From positions 11,594,001 to 11,658,000 of the forward strand of contig NC_043006.1 in NCBI RefSeq assembly GCF_006345805.1: a DNA stretch of 64,000 nt. The letters run 5' to 3'. The notes under the pieces were generated by a model. It saw only the letters and a program-made list of their open reading frames with translations, ran no database searches and was not told where the DNA came from. Numbering within the stretch: position 1 is the first letter of the stretch; each line of letters opens with the position of its first letter. The DNA is from Octopus sinensis. Taxonomy: Eukaryota. Made by a program: the position numbers and the translations under genes. This document shows positions 53,036 through 64,000 of the stretch, one piece after another.

Positions 53036-53088
53036 TGAGAACGTACGTTTCAAGATTAGTCAAAATCGACACTTCTATCATCAGCTCA
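53036..53088 (-). ncRNA. Type I hammerhead ribozyme (H1 copy A)
   Basis: UGAG-CUGAUGA-U-AGA..GUC-loop-GAC..UCU-U-GAAA-CGUACGUU/CUCA. Confidence 0.72.
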
Positions 53089-53593
53089 GAACTCCCTGGT
53101 TTGGATTTGAAAACACTGAAGTGGGAGCATACCTTTTCGGCTTGTTATCGCTTCTGAAGATCTGCTCGAAACTAACAGTGCCAACAAACTCAAATATGCA
53201 AGTGAAGAATTTCTGCTCTCCCCCTTCCACCAGCGTGGGTTAAAATCAGCAAACACTATGCTTTTTTTTCGGTAAAATCCGAGGCATTAATTAGAGAGAG
53301 ATGAATTATAATTTCAACAATTGAGGGTAAAATTAATTAATTAATCAATTTCACCAAGTATTCAGTATGCAAAGGGACCATTTAAGGCGAATTCAAATTA
53401 TTACATTATATAAAAGGGCTTAGTAAAATAAATTACTTTGCCGCATACTGAACTCATTAGAAATAGCAGCTAAAAATCTTTTTTAAAACTATTTCCAATA
53501 CTTTAAGAAAATCTCTCTCATAAGTGCTTTCTCAATTCAACTCACGAAATTATGGGGGTAAGAGACATTAAAAAATCAAATGCAAAGGTTCTT

Positions 53594-53645
53594 TGAGAAC
53601 GACGTTTCAAGATTAGTCAAAATCGACACTTCTATCATCAGCTCA
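53594..53645 (-). ncRNA. Type I hammerhead ribozyme (H1 copy B; 1-nt deletion in stem III)
   Basis: As copy A but stem III reads ACGUCGU. Confidence 0.6.
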
Positions 53646-53891
53646 GAACTCCCTGGTTTGGATTTAAACACTGAAAGTGGGAGCATACCTTTTCGGCTTG
53701 TTATCGCTTCTGAAGATCTGCTCGAAACTAACAGTGCCAACCCACGCTGGTGGAAGGGGAGAGCAGAAATTCTTCGCTGCATATTTGAGTTTGTTGGCAC
53801 TGTTAGTTTCGAGCAGATCTTCAGAAGCGATAACAAGCCGAAAAGGTATGCTCCCACTTTCAGTGTTTTCAAAATCCAAACCAGGGAGTTC

Positions 53892-53944
53892 TGAGCTGAT
53901 GATAGAAGTGTCGATTTTGACTAATCTTGAAACGTACGTTCTCA
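53892..53944 (+). ncRNA. Type I hammerhead ribozyme (H1 inverted copy)
   Basis: Core CTGATGA at 53896-53902, GAAA at 53929-53932, palindromic AACGTACGTT; predicted cleavage between 53940 and 53941. Confidence 0.72.
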
Positions 53945-54309
53945 AATAACCTTTGCATTTGATTTTTTAATGTCTCTACTACCCCCATACTTTCGTGAGT
54001 TGAATTGAGCAAGCACTATATGAGAGAGATTTTCTTTAAGTATTGGAAATAGTTTTAAAAAAATTTTTTAGCTGCTATTTCTAATGAGTTCAGTATGCGC
54101 AAAGTAATTTTATTTTACTAAGCCCTTTTATAAATGTAATAATTTGAATTCGCCTTAAATGGTCCCTTTGCATACTGAATACTTGGTTGAATTGATTAAT
54201 TAATTAATTTTCCCTCAATTGTTGAAATATATCTATATTATATATATATAATATGTATGTGTGTGTGTATGCTTATATATATATATATACACATATATAC
54301 ACACGTATG

Positions 54310-54350
<41 letters not shown>

Positions 54351-54407
54351 TATATATATGTATACACATTTACACACACGCACGCACACACACATATATA
54401 CATACAT

Positions 54408-54440
<33 letters not shown>

Positions 54441-55391
54441 GTATACACATATATACACACATATACACACACGCACACACACACATATATACATACATAT
54501 ATATAGACATGCATGTATATATATATATATATGTATACATTCATGCATACATACATATGTATGTATGTGTGCAGCCGTGTCTTGATATCGTGTGATGGTT
54601 GTAAATGAGCATCACCATCATACAAGTGGTGTTTTTCGTTTCCAGCCTTCCGTGAAAATATGTCTGGCCATTGAGAAATATCATCTTGCTTGGAAACAGG
54701 TGTGAGTTGGCGGCTGGAAGGGCATCCGACTGTAGACAATCTGCGCCAACAAATTCTGTCTGAGCAATGCATGCATGAAAAAGTGGATGCGAAATCGATG
54801 ATAATGATGACAATGATGATGATGATGTTTGTTTTTTGGAATAGTTCAGATAATTGAAATGCATTTCATATCTGGAGCATAAAATGGTAAAAAAAAAGGG
54901 ATCAAAATATTCAATGAGAGAACAGTATTTGATGGTCGTTATTGTTTAATGTTGCAGTGGTTGTGGGAGACAACCCTGGATGTGTTTCGTATTGAGTCCT
55001 TAAACGTAAGTAAGTCTTTGAAAATATCATGAAATTGGTTCTTAAGCTGAGTTCTGTTGTCCCTTTCTGGGCGTTGTGAGCTCACAAAGGAGAGGTAATT
55101 TCAAGGGGTGGAGCTGGATGATCAGAGGCTGATGACAAATTTCTAGACAGAACGAAACGAAACGAAAGATAGTCGGTTAAGTAGGTGGGCAGCTATCCTA
55201 GGTGCATTTTCCGAGGAGATAGAGAGAGGGTGGTGGGGGTTACAGGTAATGTAGAGAACAGCACCAGTGAGAAGGGTGGGATTGAGAGAAGAGACATCTT
55301 GTAATGATGGTGACAAATTTCGAGACAGAACGAAACGAAACGAAAGACAGCCGGAAAGGATGTGGGCAACTGAGCTAGTTGCATTTGTCCC

Positions 55392-55427
<36 letters not shown>

Positions 55428-55440
55428 AGTGCAGGTAATA

Positions 55441-55781
55441 ATATTGTTCGTCCTTCGGGTTCGAAGATGACCATTGACATCATTTGGTGGAATTGCTGCT
55501 ATGAAACCGGAGGTGGCTGGTGAGGCCAATCCGGGCAAGAAAGCCCCTCCCACAGGTGGGGCAGAAGTGGGTAGGGGCTGTGCTATTGGTGCAGGTGGCT
55601 CTGGCTTTCCGCATCTGGCGTGTCTGTTCTGCTGACTGAATCCGTCTCTCCTCGGCTGTCTTTGCTCCTGTGGTGATTGCGCTGCGCCAGGATGAGCGGT
55701 CGGCAGCAAGTGTCTCCCAAGTCTCTGTGCCGATGGAGAAGTCTTTGAGAGAGACTTTGAGACTGTCCTTGAAGCGCTTGA
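55441..55781 (-). mobile_element. 5'-truncated RTE LINE (ORF2 C-terminus with zinc finger)
   Basis: KRFKDSLKVSLK...WETLAADRSSWRS...CPTCGRGFLARIGLTSHLRFH; 8-bp TSD AGGTAATA. Confidence 0.9.
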
Positions 55782-56001
55782 AGGTAATATATAGAGAACA
55801 GCCCAGTGAGGAGGGAGGGGTTGAGAGAAGAGACTTTAGGTAATGGTGGTGGAAGGAGAGAGAGATATCCGGCGTTGATGGTGAGAAGAGAGAGATAAAG
55901 ATCGAGATATCCAGTATTGGTGGTGGGGGCAGGACAGAGCGGGCGCACCGCGAACAAGCAAGTAGCAAGTTTAATTTGGGGAGATGGTACGAGGAACGAA
56001 G

Positions 56002-56046
<45 letters not shown>

Positions 56047-56521
56047 AGTAGTAATATACATTCATAATGTCCATGGCGGATGAGAAATTAAACCAGAGAA
56101 ACGAGAATTTAGAAATTAAACAGGCCAAGAAACGTGTAATTATCCTAATTTAATTAGCTTCTGGGAAATTAGATCTTAGTAAACAATACATTTAAATAGT
56201 AAACAATACGTTTAAAGAGTTAATGGCGAATGAATGTATGAAAGAAGGAAAAAACGAGGGAATCTTAACTTAGCAATGCATCATCTTCATTTGGTGACTG
56301 AGCAAGAATACGTGACAGATATATATATTATATATATAGAAATTCGGGGTGAGTACTTGATAATTGTAAGCACCTGTATATACCGTTTGGTGGTGTAGGT
56401 GGTGGAGTAAATTGATCAAAATAAAAACATGATGCCAAGGATTCAGCGGTACATATGTTTCGGGCCTTTATTAGACAGATTTATAACAATGCATATGTAT
56501 TCTGTGGCCTATATATAATAT

Positions 56522-56566
<45 letters not shown>

Positions 56567-57329
56567 ATATATATATATAAAACTTACTTGGAAAAGGATG
56601 CGTGGCGTTCGATCATATAATAATATAGATAATTATAATATAATGCATATATACATACATGTATGTACATACCTACAATATATGTATAATACATGCATAT
56701 ATGGGTACAGAACATAAAAAAACGTTGAACACAATGAGAAAAAAAACATAAAAACAAAAACACAGAAACGAACATTTTTTCGAACGAAAAAACAGAGAAA
56801 TGAGATGTGCAACATAAACAATATTCCTTTTCATCAGTTGTCCCTGTTTCATCTACTCCGCGTTTCGATGGTAAGTACAATACGCGACTTCGTTGAAACA
56901 GTCCTTCCCGCAAAGCAAATTAAATATAATTTGGGGTCTTTTGGCGGAGGGTGAAAGTGGTAACAAGAGCAGGACAGTGAGAACAAGACAGTAAAAACAA
57001 ACGATGAGGGCTGTTAAGCCAAGACGATAGAAAAATTATTACGAACGCTATGAGGACGAGCTATGAGAGGAGACAGGTATAAGCACGGCTTGTCTTTAGG
57101 AAGGAAATGGACTCGCTGACACGTGACGAAAGGGAATCTATCTTCTTGTCCATAAGGAAAATAAACAGTGCTTCGGGTTTTATGTTTTGTTTTACCACCG
57201 TTATGTACGATGACCAGCTATATCTCATCACCGTATGTATAAGCAAAATTAGGACTATGCTATACTGAAAGGTTCTGCGGTCAGCTGTTTAGGTCATAAA
57301 GCCAATGAGTGGAACCGTGCGGAGATCAA

Positions 57330-57630
57330 AATTCCAGAGTAGAAAATCTGTTAGTTTAGATCAGCAACCTATGGATGTTGGATGGGGAGGATCAAGACAA
57401 GAACCACAATTTGGCAAAGACAGCCATTGAAAGAGGAGTAGAAGGAAAACACCGTTCTGGTGGAAGAGAAACATTCTGAATGGATGACATCATCAACAAA
57501 ACCCGATATCAAAGCACGGCTGTGCTCTGAAACATTTTAGGAACAAATGCACGGCACTTGATTATTTACGGTTTACCAGAAAGAGTTTTCTCATCATCAT
57601 GGCTGAAGATCGAGGAACCTAAGACATAAC
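57330..57630 (+). pseudogene. Degraded RTE LINE ORF2 C-terminal fragment
   Basis: HNLAKTAIERGVEGKHRSGGR...MDDI...MAEDR remnants. Confidence 0.6.
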
Positions 57631-58087
57631 CAGTCAGTGTATTTTCATGCTCTGTTCGGGATGAATGGGGCTGGTGGGCCTCGAGTTCTTTTCTGACATC
57701 ATTTACTGATCCCTTTAGCCCATATTTCTTCACAAGTGCTCAAACAGCGAGAGTTTATGCTCGGAGTTATCCTTCTCTTTGACTACCTTCCAGACCTGCC
57801 GAACACAGATCACCGTCGGTGTATCTGTGACCACAATATTGCTTTCTCCGAGAGATATGCTTTTCCAAAACTTAGAGTATTATCTCGCTCCCTATGCTGT
57901 TATAACACACCGGGAACTAACCCGGATATCTAAGTCCCAGCGCTTTGTCCTCGTTAGGCTCTGCTTAAGCAATATCCAACAATGTTTACTTCACTTCGAT
58001 ACAGGTGATACAGCCTTAATTAATTAATTAATTAAAGTTATCGTGTTCACCACATTAAATGCGGTAGTGCTTAATTCTCTAGAGAAA

Positions 58088-58187
58088 NNNNNNNNNNNNN
58101 NNNNNNNNNNNNNNNNNNNNNNNNNNNNNNNNNNNNNNNNNNNNNNNNNNNNNNNNNNNNNNNNNNNNNNNNNNNNNNNNNNNNNNN
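58088..58187. other. Assembly gap (100 N)
   Basis: Run of N. Confidence 1.
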
Positions 58188-58331
58188 TGTGTTTTCGTAC
58201 GTATTGTATCTCATATTGATACATTTTACAGCGAACTTACTGACGAGCTACGCGTGACTAATTAATCCTTAATTAACTTATTAATTTGATTATTTGGTCA
58301 ATAATGGTGCAACAATATATATATATAGTTT

Positions 58332-58383
<52 letters not shown>

Positions 58384-58397
58384 TTATATATATATGG

Positions 58398-58429
<32 letters not shown>

Positions 58430-60896
58430 GTTATGTATTATAGGGATATGTTTCAAGCTGTTCCCTACAGTTCTTGCTGGACGATTGCTTTAGAATTTTA
58501 CTTATGAGCAGAACAGTCGACCGCAAACATTCATTCCTGTCACAGACAATTAAGTCTCTGCTACTTTAATCAACGGAATTATAAATGAGTATGATGGATA
58601 ATCATGGATCATGGCTGAAAGCAGCGTATCTGCTGATTTATTTATTTATTTATTTATTCAGTAGGGTTCATTACTATTAAATGCTGAATGTATACGTTCC
58701 AGTGTTGCCCTGGATACATCACATTAGGACAACATCTCTTTGGTGTCCTTATTGCCTTAGAGTTTACAGAAGTCTCACTTGAATCACACCAACAAACGTG
58801 ACGATTTAGAGAATGAAGAGATTCACAGGGGAAAAATCAAAAAGAAATGTTAAAATAATACAACCAGGTACAGAACGATTTTTTAAACTGAAAATATCAA
58901 TGAAGGTTTTATCAAAAGAAAATAAATGCGTAAGCAAGTTTTGAAGTTATCCCAAAACTTGTGAATAAACTTAGTCGGAAACTATCCGCAAATCAAATGT
59001 GTTGTATATGAGTTGTACGCCTATAATACATCACCTAGTTTAATAAGTACACTCTAATCTTCGATGAGTATTTAGTAGAGTCCACTCATTGGCAGGTGGA
59101 GGTGCAATGGCCCAGTGTTTAGGGCAGCGGACTCGCGGTTTCGATTCCCAGACCGGGCGTTGTGTGTGTTTGTTGAGCGAAAACACCTAAAAGCTCCACT
59201 AGGCTCTGGCAGGGGGTGGTGGCGACCCCTGTTGTTCTCTTTCGCCACAACTTTCTCTCACTCTTTCTTCCTGTTTCTTGAGTAACGCTGCGATGGACTG
59301 GGAGTAACACATACGCCACAGAAACCGGGAAACCGGGCTCATTAGCCTGGCTAGGCTTGAAAAGGGCGACGTTTTTTATCTTTACACATTGGCAGACATT
59401 CAAGCAATGTCTTTGGTCTGTGGCGGAGAACCCATAAGTCTTGTTTATTTTTTTCTCTTTGTCTCCACCAGATCAGAAGCCCTTCTTACGAAAGGTCGGT
59501 CACAGCTCGTCTTCCCGAACTACCCACCCATATAATAAAAAAAAAACAGATCATTACATAAAAAACTTGTAGTTCTTAGTACGAATCGATGTTTTTGGCA
59601 AAGAAAATATATAGCAGGTACCGTTAAAAATCTCACTACTCTAATATATAAAGCATTTAAGACGAATGAATCCGTGAAGTCTTTTCTGATCATTGGAGTG
59701 AAGGAAGGAATTGATTATTAGAATGTCCAGAGAAATTACTGCCTTTGAGTAAGAATTAAATAATTGAAGACTTAATTAATATCTGAATCTAACATCGGAC
59801 AGGGACATACTCTAGTTCAATGGATATTGGTAATTCTTATTAATTATCGCATTTACTTAATGGCATAATGATGCGTTTCAGTGCGGATAAAAATCATTCT
59901 ACATTATGTTATGCATTCCTTATACTAATTAAGTAGTTAATATAGACACGCACGCACATCTTTTACTCTCTCTCACTGTGAGTATATGTGTCATGTACAT
60001 ATATAAATGCGCACATAACTTATATATATATATATAAACGCAATAGAGGGTACTAAATCTTTCGGACAGATAGACGACACAAAGGCGGAAAGAGAAACAA
60101 CAATTAGAAGGACAGGCAAAAAAAGACGGGGCATTCTTTCTTCGGTCAAGTACCAGTAGTCACGACCATTACGGACAGTTACACTTGAGATGGTTTCATC
60201 TGGTTGTCCCCGCAAAAAGTCTAAGCTAAGAGCATTAGAAAGCTATCAAGTGTGTACGGCAACAAAGAAAAAAAGAACGGAGAACATGGTACACAAGGCT
60301 TATTAACAGGCGTCTTTCGATTGAGAACGATTCAAATTGAGCTGGCGTGTATGAAGTGAAAGCCTAGAGGCAAGAACATGGGAGATGGACACAAGACATG
60401 TTGACGATTGGTGGTCAGGCCAAGAAAAAAATTCATGGCTGGCCGGACACCGGTCATATGGAAGGAGGAGAGATGGGTAGGGGACAGCGGGAATGGAGGA
60501 TTAGAAAAAAATCAGAGACAAAGGGAAAGATGCAGGGGGGATAAACGAGTGGGAAATAGTGGGAGTTAAAGAGAGGGCCAAGAAGTGTGCTTGAAAACGC
60601 GTGGGTTAATGGTTAGAGTATTTGGCTCCCGATCGTAAGGTGAGTTCAATTATCGGCGGCGCGTTGTGTCCTTTTTCACGTTGCTCCAGTTCCTTCAGCT
60701 AGCAAAAATGAGTAGTACCTGTATTGCAAAGGTCCAGCCTTGTCACGTTATGCGTTACGCTGAATCTTCCTGAGATATACGCTAAGGGTACGCATGTCTG
60801 TGGAGTGGCCAGCCACTTTCACTTTAATTTCACGAGCAAAGCTGTCCCATTGATCAGATCAACTGGAACCCTTGTCGTCGTAATCGATGGAGTGTA

Positions 60897-60932
<36 letters not shown>

Positions 60933-61156
60933 TTATCTAAAGCAGCAGAATATTCAACAAAACCTGTTACTCTGAGTTTCCTATTGCCGTTCATCGGACA
61001 GTTTTTCTAGCAAAAACTGTCCGATGAACGGCAACGGGAAACTCAGAGTAACAGGTCTTGTTGAATTTTCTGCTGCTTTAAATAAAGCATATTACTCTAC
61101 CACTGGTATTTGAGTACTCTTTTTCCCACCTTGTTTCACATTTATGTGTTTACTCC

Positions 61157-61160
<4 letters not shown>
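60933..61160. mobile_element. Fold-back hammerhead element family H3 in (TA)n
   Basis: ~75-bp inverted arms (60933-61085) plus a 3' extension; (TA)n on both sides. Confidence 0.85.
61017..61054 (+). ncRNA. Minimal type I hammerhead-like motif, U4C core
   Basis: CUGU-CCGAUGA-ACG-GCAA-CGG-GAAA-CUCAGAG-UA/ACAG; mirror copy at 60964-61001 (-). Confidence 0.65.
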
Positions 61161-61209
<49 letters not shown>

Positions 61210-61848
61210 ATATATATATATATATAGGCGCAGGAGTGGGTGTGTGGTAAGTAGCTTGTTTACCAACCACATGGTTCCGGGTTCAGTCCCACTGCGTGGC
61301 ACCTTGGGCAGGTGTCTTCTACTATAGCCCTGGGCCGACCAAAGCCTTGTGAGTGAATTTGGTAGACGGAAACTGAAAGAAGCCCGTCGTATATATGTAT
61401 ATATACGACGGGCTTCTTTCAGTTTCCGTCTACCATACGTGTGTGTGTATGTTTGTGCGTCTGTGTTTGTCCCCCTAGCGTTGCTTGACAACCGATGCTG
61501 GTGTGTTTACGTCACCGTCACTTAGCGGTTCGGCAAAAGAGACCGATAGAATAAGTACTGGGTTTACAAAGAATAAGTCCTGGGGTCGATTTGCGTCGAA
61601 AGGTGGTGCTCCAGCATGGCCGCAGTCAAATGACTGAAACAAGTAAAAGAGAAATAAAAAAAAGAGAGAGATATATATGTATGTATGTGCGTGTGTGTTT
61701 GTGTGTGTGTGTATGTGCGCTCACACACACATGCACACACATGCTTTTGACTATTCCTCTTCTCAAGTTGTGTGCTTTGTGACTGCATCTGACAGAGAAC
61801 ATACTTTTGCTATTGTCATTATCATTACTATTATTTAGTTAGCTGGTA

Positions 61849-61912
<64 letters not shown>

Positions 61913-63617
61913 ATGATTCGCAGTAATTCGTCCCTCTTTACGTTCGACTTTGCCTTTCATCCTTTCGATTAAAAAACTTACCAGTTAATTACTAAGGACG
62001 TTAAAATTGAATATCTCCTATCCCCCAAATTTCCTATAATGGAAAGTATTATAATTACTATAATTTTGACAAAGTTTTTGCTAATGTAGACATTACTGTT
62101 TAATATTTCGTTATACTTGATTGTATTTTCTACACATAACAAAACTGATTAATTTTTGGCCAGGTAGGGACTATAGAAAACTGTGAAATATCTTCTATCA
62201 TTGCAAAACTGAATGTAATTGACGTTGAACATTAGTAGCGGATTGTAAAAGGCAAGAAATTATAAGTATTTATATGAAGGTAATAAATATTGCCTTGACC
62301 CAGACTATAAAATTATTTCAGTTCCAATTTTAGCTTAAATGGTAGGGTTAATAGACCCGCCACATTATACTTGAGGGATATTTAGCTATAATACACATTG
62401 TCAAGTGATAATATTGTTTGTTTCTTCTATTTTAATTCACAAAGTTTGTTTATATAAGTTGAATACAAGTTTCTCACTTCAGAATTGAGAATGGTCAATT
62501 CTGAATTCATAAATTAATTTTATGTTCTCTGTTTATAAGACATTATTATTTACGAAGTCGGAATAAATTAGATTCCAGTAAATCACCATCGAATATCTCT
62601 GAGTTACAATTTAAACAATGGAAGTAATCGCTTTAACTACATTGAAATGAATGAAATCTGATTATGTATAATACAAAAGAAAATCAATGATGGGATGTTA
62701 AATTGATAGTTTTAGTTTAATTTCTCCATTATATTTATCCCCAGAAGTATTAGAATTGTTCTTAGTATCCAAATATTGGTTTCCTACAAAGACATAAGAA
62801 TGTAGCCGATCGTAATGAGGCTGGAGCACTACAAGTTCATTGTCTCTCTCGACACTCATAACACTGGAAATTAAAATATGGAGAGTTGCTGTTAAATGCT
62901 GTTGTAAGACATGTCGCTCAAGGTTTTCTGTGTAGAGGGTACTTGATAAAACCTCATTAAAATCTGCTGCATTAGATTTCTATTTCTTGCATACATGCAT
63001 GGATGCAGGTATGGTTCTGTGTACGTTTAAGAAGTTCGCTTTGTAACCATATCGTTGTGAATTCGATCACAGTGCTATTACCTTCGGCAAGTTTGTTTTT
63101 CCACTAAAACCTCGTGCATTGCAAAGGAAAACTAACGAACAGAAATTATGCGTATGTATACATGCATGCATATATGCATATATACATACACATAGGCGCA
63201 GGAGTGGCTGTGTGGTAAGTAGCTTGCTTACCAACCACATGGTTCCGGGTTCAGTCCCACTGCGTGGCACCTTGGGCAAGTGTCTTCTACTATAGTCTCG
63301 GGTCGACCAAAGCCTTTTGAGTGGATTTGGTAGACGGAAACTAAAAGAAGCCCATCGTATATATGTATGTGTGTGTGTGTATGTTTGTGCGTCTGTGTTT
63401 GTGCCCCCAACATCGCTTGACAACTGATACTCGTGTGTTTACGTTCCCGTAACTTAGCGGTTCCGCAAAAGAGACCGATAGAATAAGTACTAAGCTTACA
63501 AAGAATAAGTCCTGGGGTCGATTTGCTCGACTAAAGGCGGTACTCCAGCATGGCCACAGTCAAATGACTGAAACAAGTAAAAGAGTATATGTACATAATA
63601 TCCCGGTACAAGTATAC

Positions 63618-63651
<34 letters not shown>

Positions 63652-64000
63652 TAGTATGCCTTGATGCAGTAGACTTAAACAGATATTTTCGACCCAGTAT
63701 CAAAATCAACATCCACGTTGCGCAATAACCGTATTATCTACGCAGCGACGGGCTTAATTGTTATAAACACGAATCACATGATATTAGAATAATCACAAAG
63801 CCAATTACATCTGGAAATGTTTGGAATTCTTGAGATAAACACATCCCTCAAACCTGCGGTATAGTTTTTGTAGTTGCAATCAGATGCGACGTTTATTTGA
63901 TTGACAACTTTGTGTCATAGCACGGACATAGATCCACCAATTTTCCGTGAAGACTTGATCGTTTGCTCCAGTATAAGAATGTAATATGGCACATCAGTTA

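Larger units (their letters stand above)
52845..54230. mobile_element. Family H1: tandem (~558-bp unit) plus inverted hammerhead-bearing repeat in (TA)n
   Basis: Two minus-strand units, then a fold-back at ~53741 via AAC microhomology into a plus-strand unit; three hammerheads. Confidence 0.9.

Noticed and set aside
55128-55165. CTGATGA...GAAA on the + strand
   Set aside because: No closing stem II and no UH or stem III; lies in a (CGAAA)n-containing repeat.
56450-56474. Minus-strand CTAATAA-AGGCCC-GAAA-CATATG-TA
   Set aside because: Looks like a doubly mutated, stem-II-deleted hammerhead relic; too decayed to call. Similar relics at ~50625-50660, ~56840-56900 and 58240-58260.
59445-59540. 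Strong polypyrimidine-CAG acceptor-like site
   Set aside because: No donor, partner exon or recognisable peptide.
62698-62979. ~93-codon stop-free minus-strand frame (..VMSVERDNELVVLQPHYDRLHSYVF..)
   Set aside because: No recognisable homology and a weak acceptor; expected by chance at this length. RNA-seq or tBLASTn would be needed.

Overview
AT-rich eukaryotic genomic DNA, very likely an octopus or other coleoid cephalopod. This is inferred from the repeat families and from the (TA)n/(CA)n/(GAT)n microsatellite density; no search was run. The window holds one complete six-exon gene, MED19 (Mediator subunit 19, CDS 18843-41095, +, 235 aa, all GT-AG introns in consistent phase), one intact tRNA-Leu(TAG), and a 100-N gap. 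The rest is mobile DNA: several tRNA-derived SINE families, non-autonomous Helitrons, Tc1/mariner/maT relics, hAT/piggyBac/pogo-type MITEs, RTE LINE tails and a Penelope-like GIY-YIG endonuclease relic. The main unexplained signal is at least six unrelated short non-coding element families that each carry a minimal type I hammerhead-ribozyme-like fold. Most sit in microsatellites, and four families are head-to-head fold-backs. Several have non-canonical catalytic cores: a G3-C8 swap, U4C, and A6U. A second signal is SINE multimers with an identical recurrent junction, including a 4 x 184 bp array inside a single target-site duplication just upstream of MED19. Nearly all ORFs in the supplied track are microsatellite or SINE translations. 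All RNA folds were done by eye; ribozyme activity is untested.
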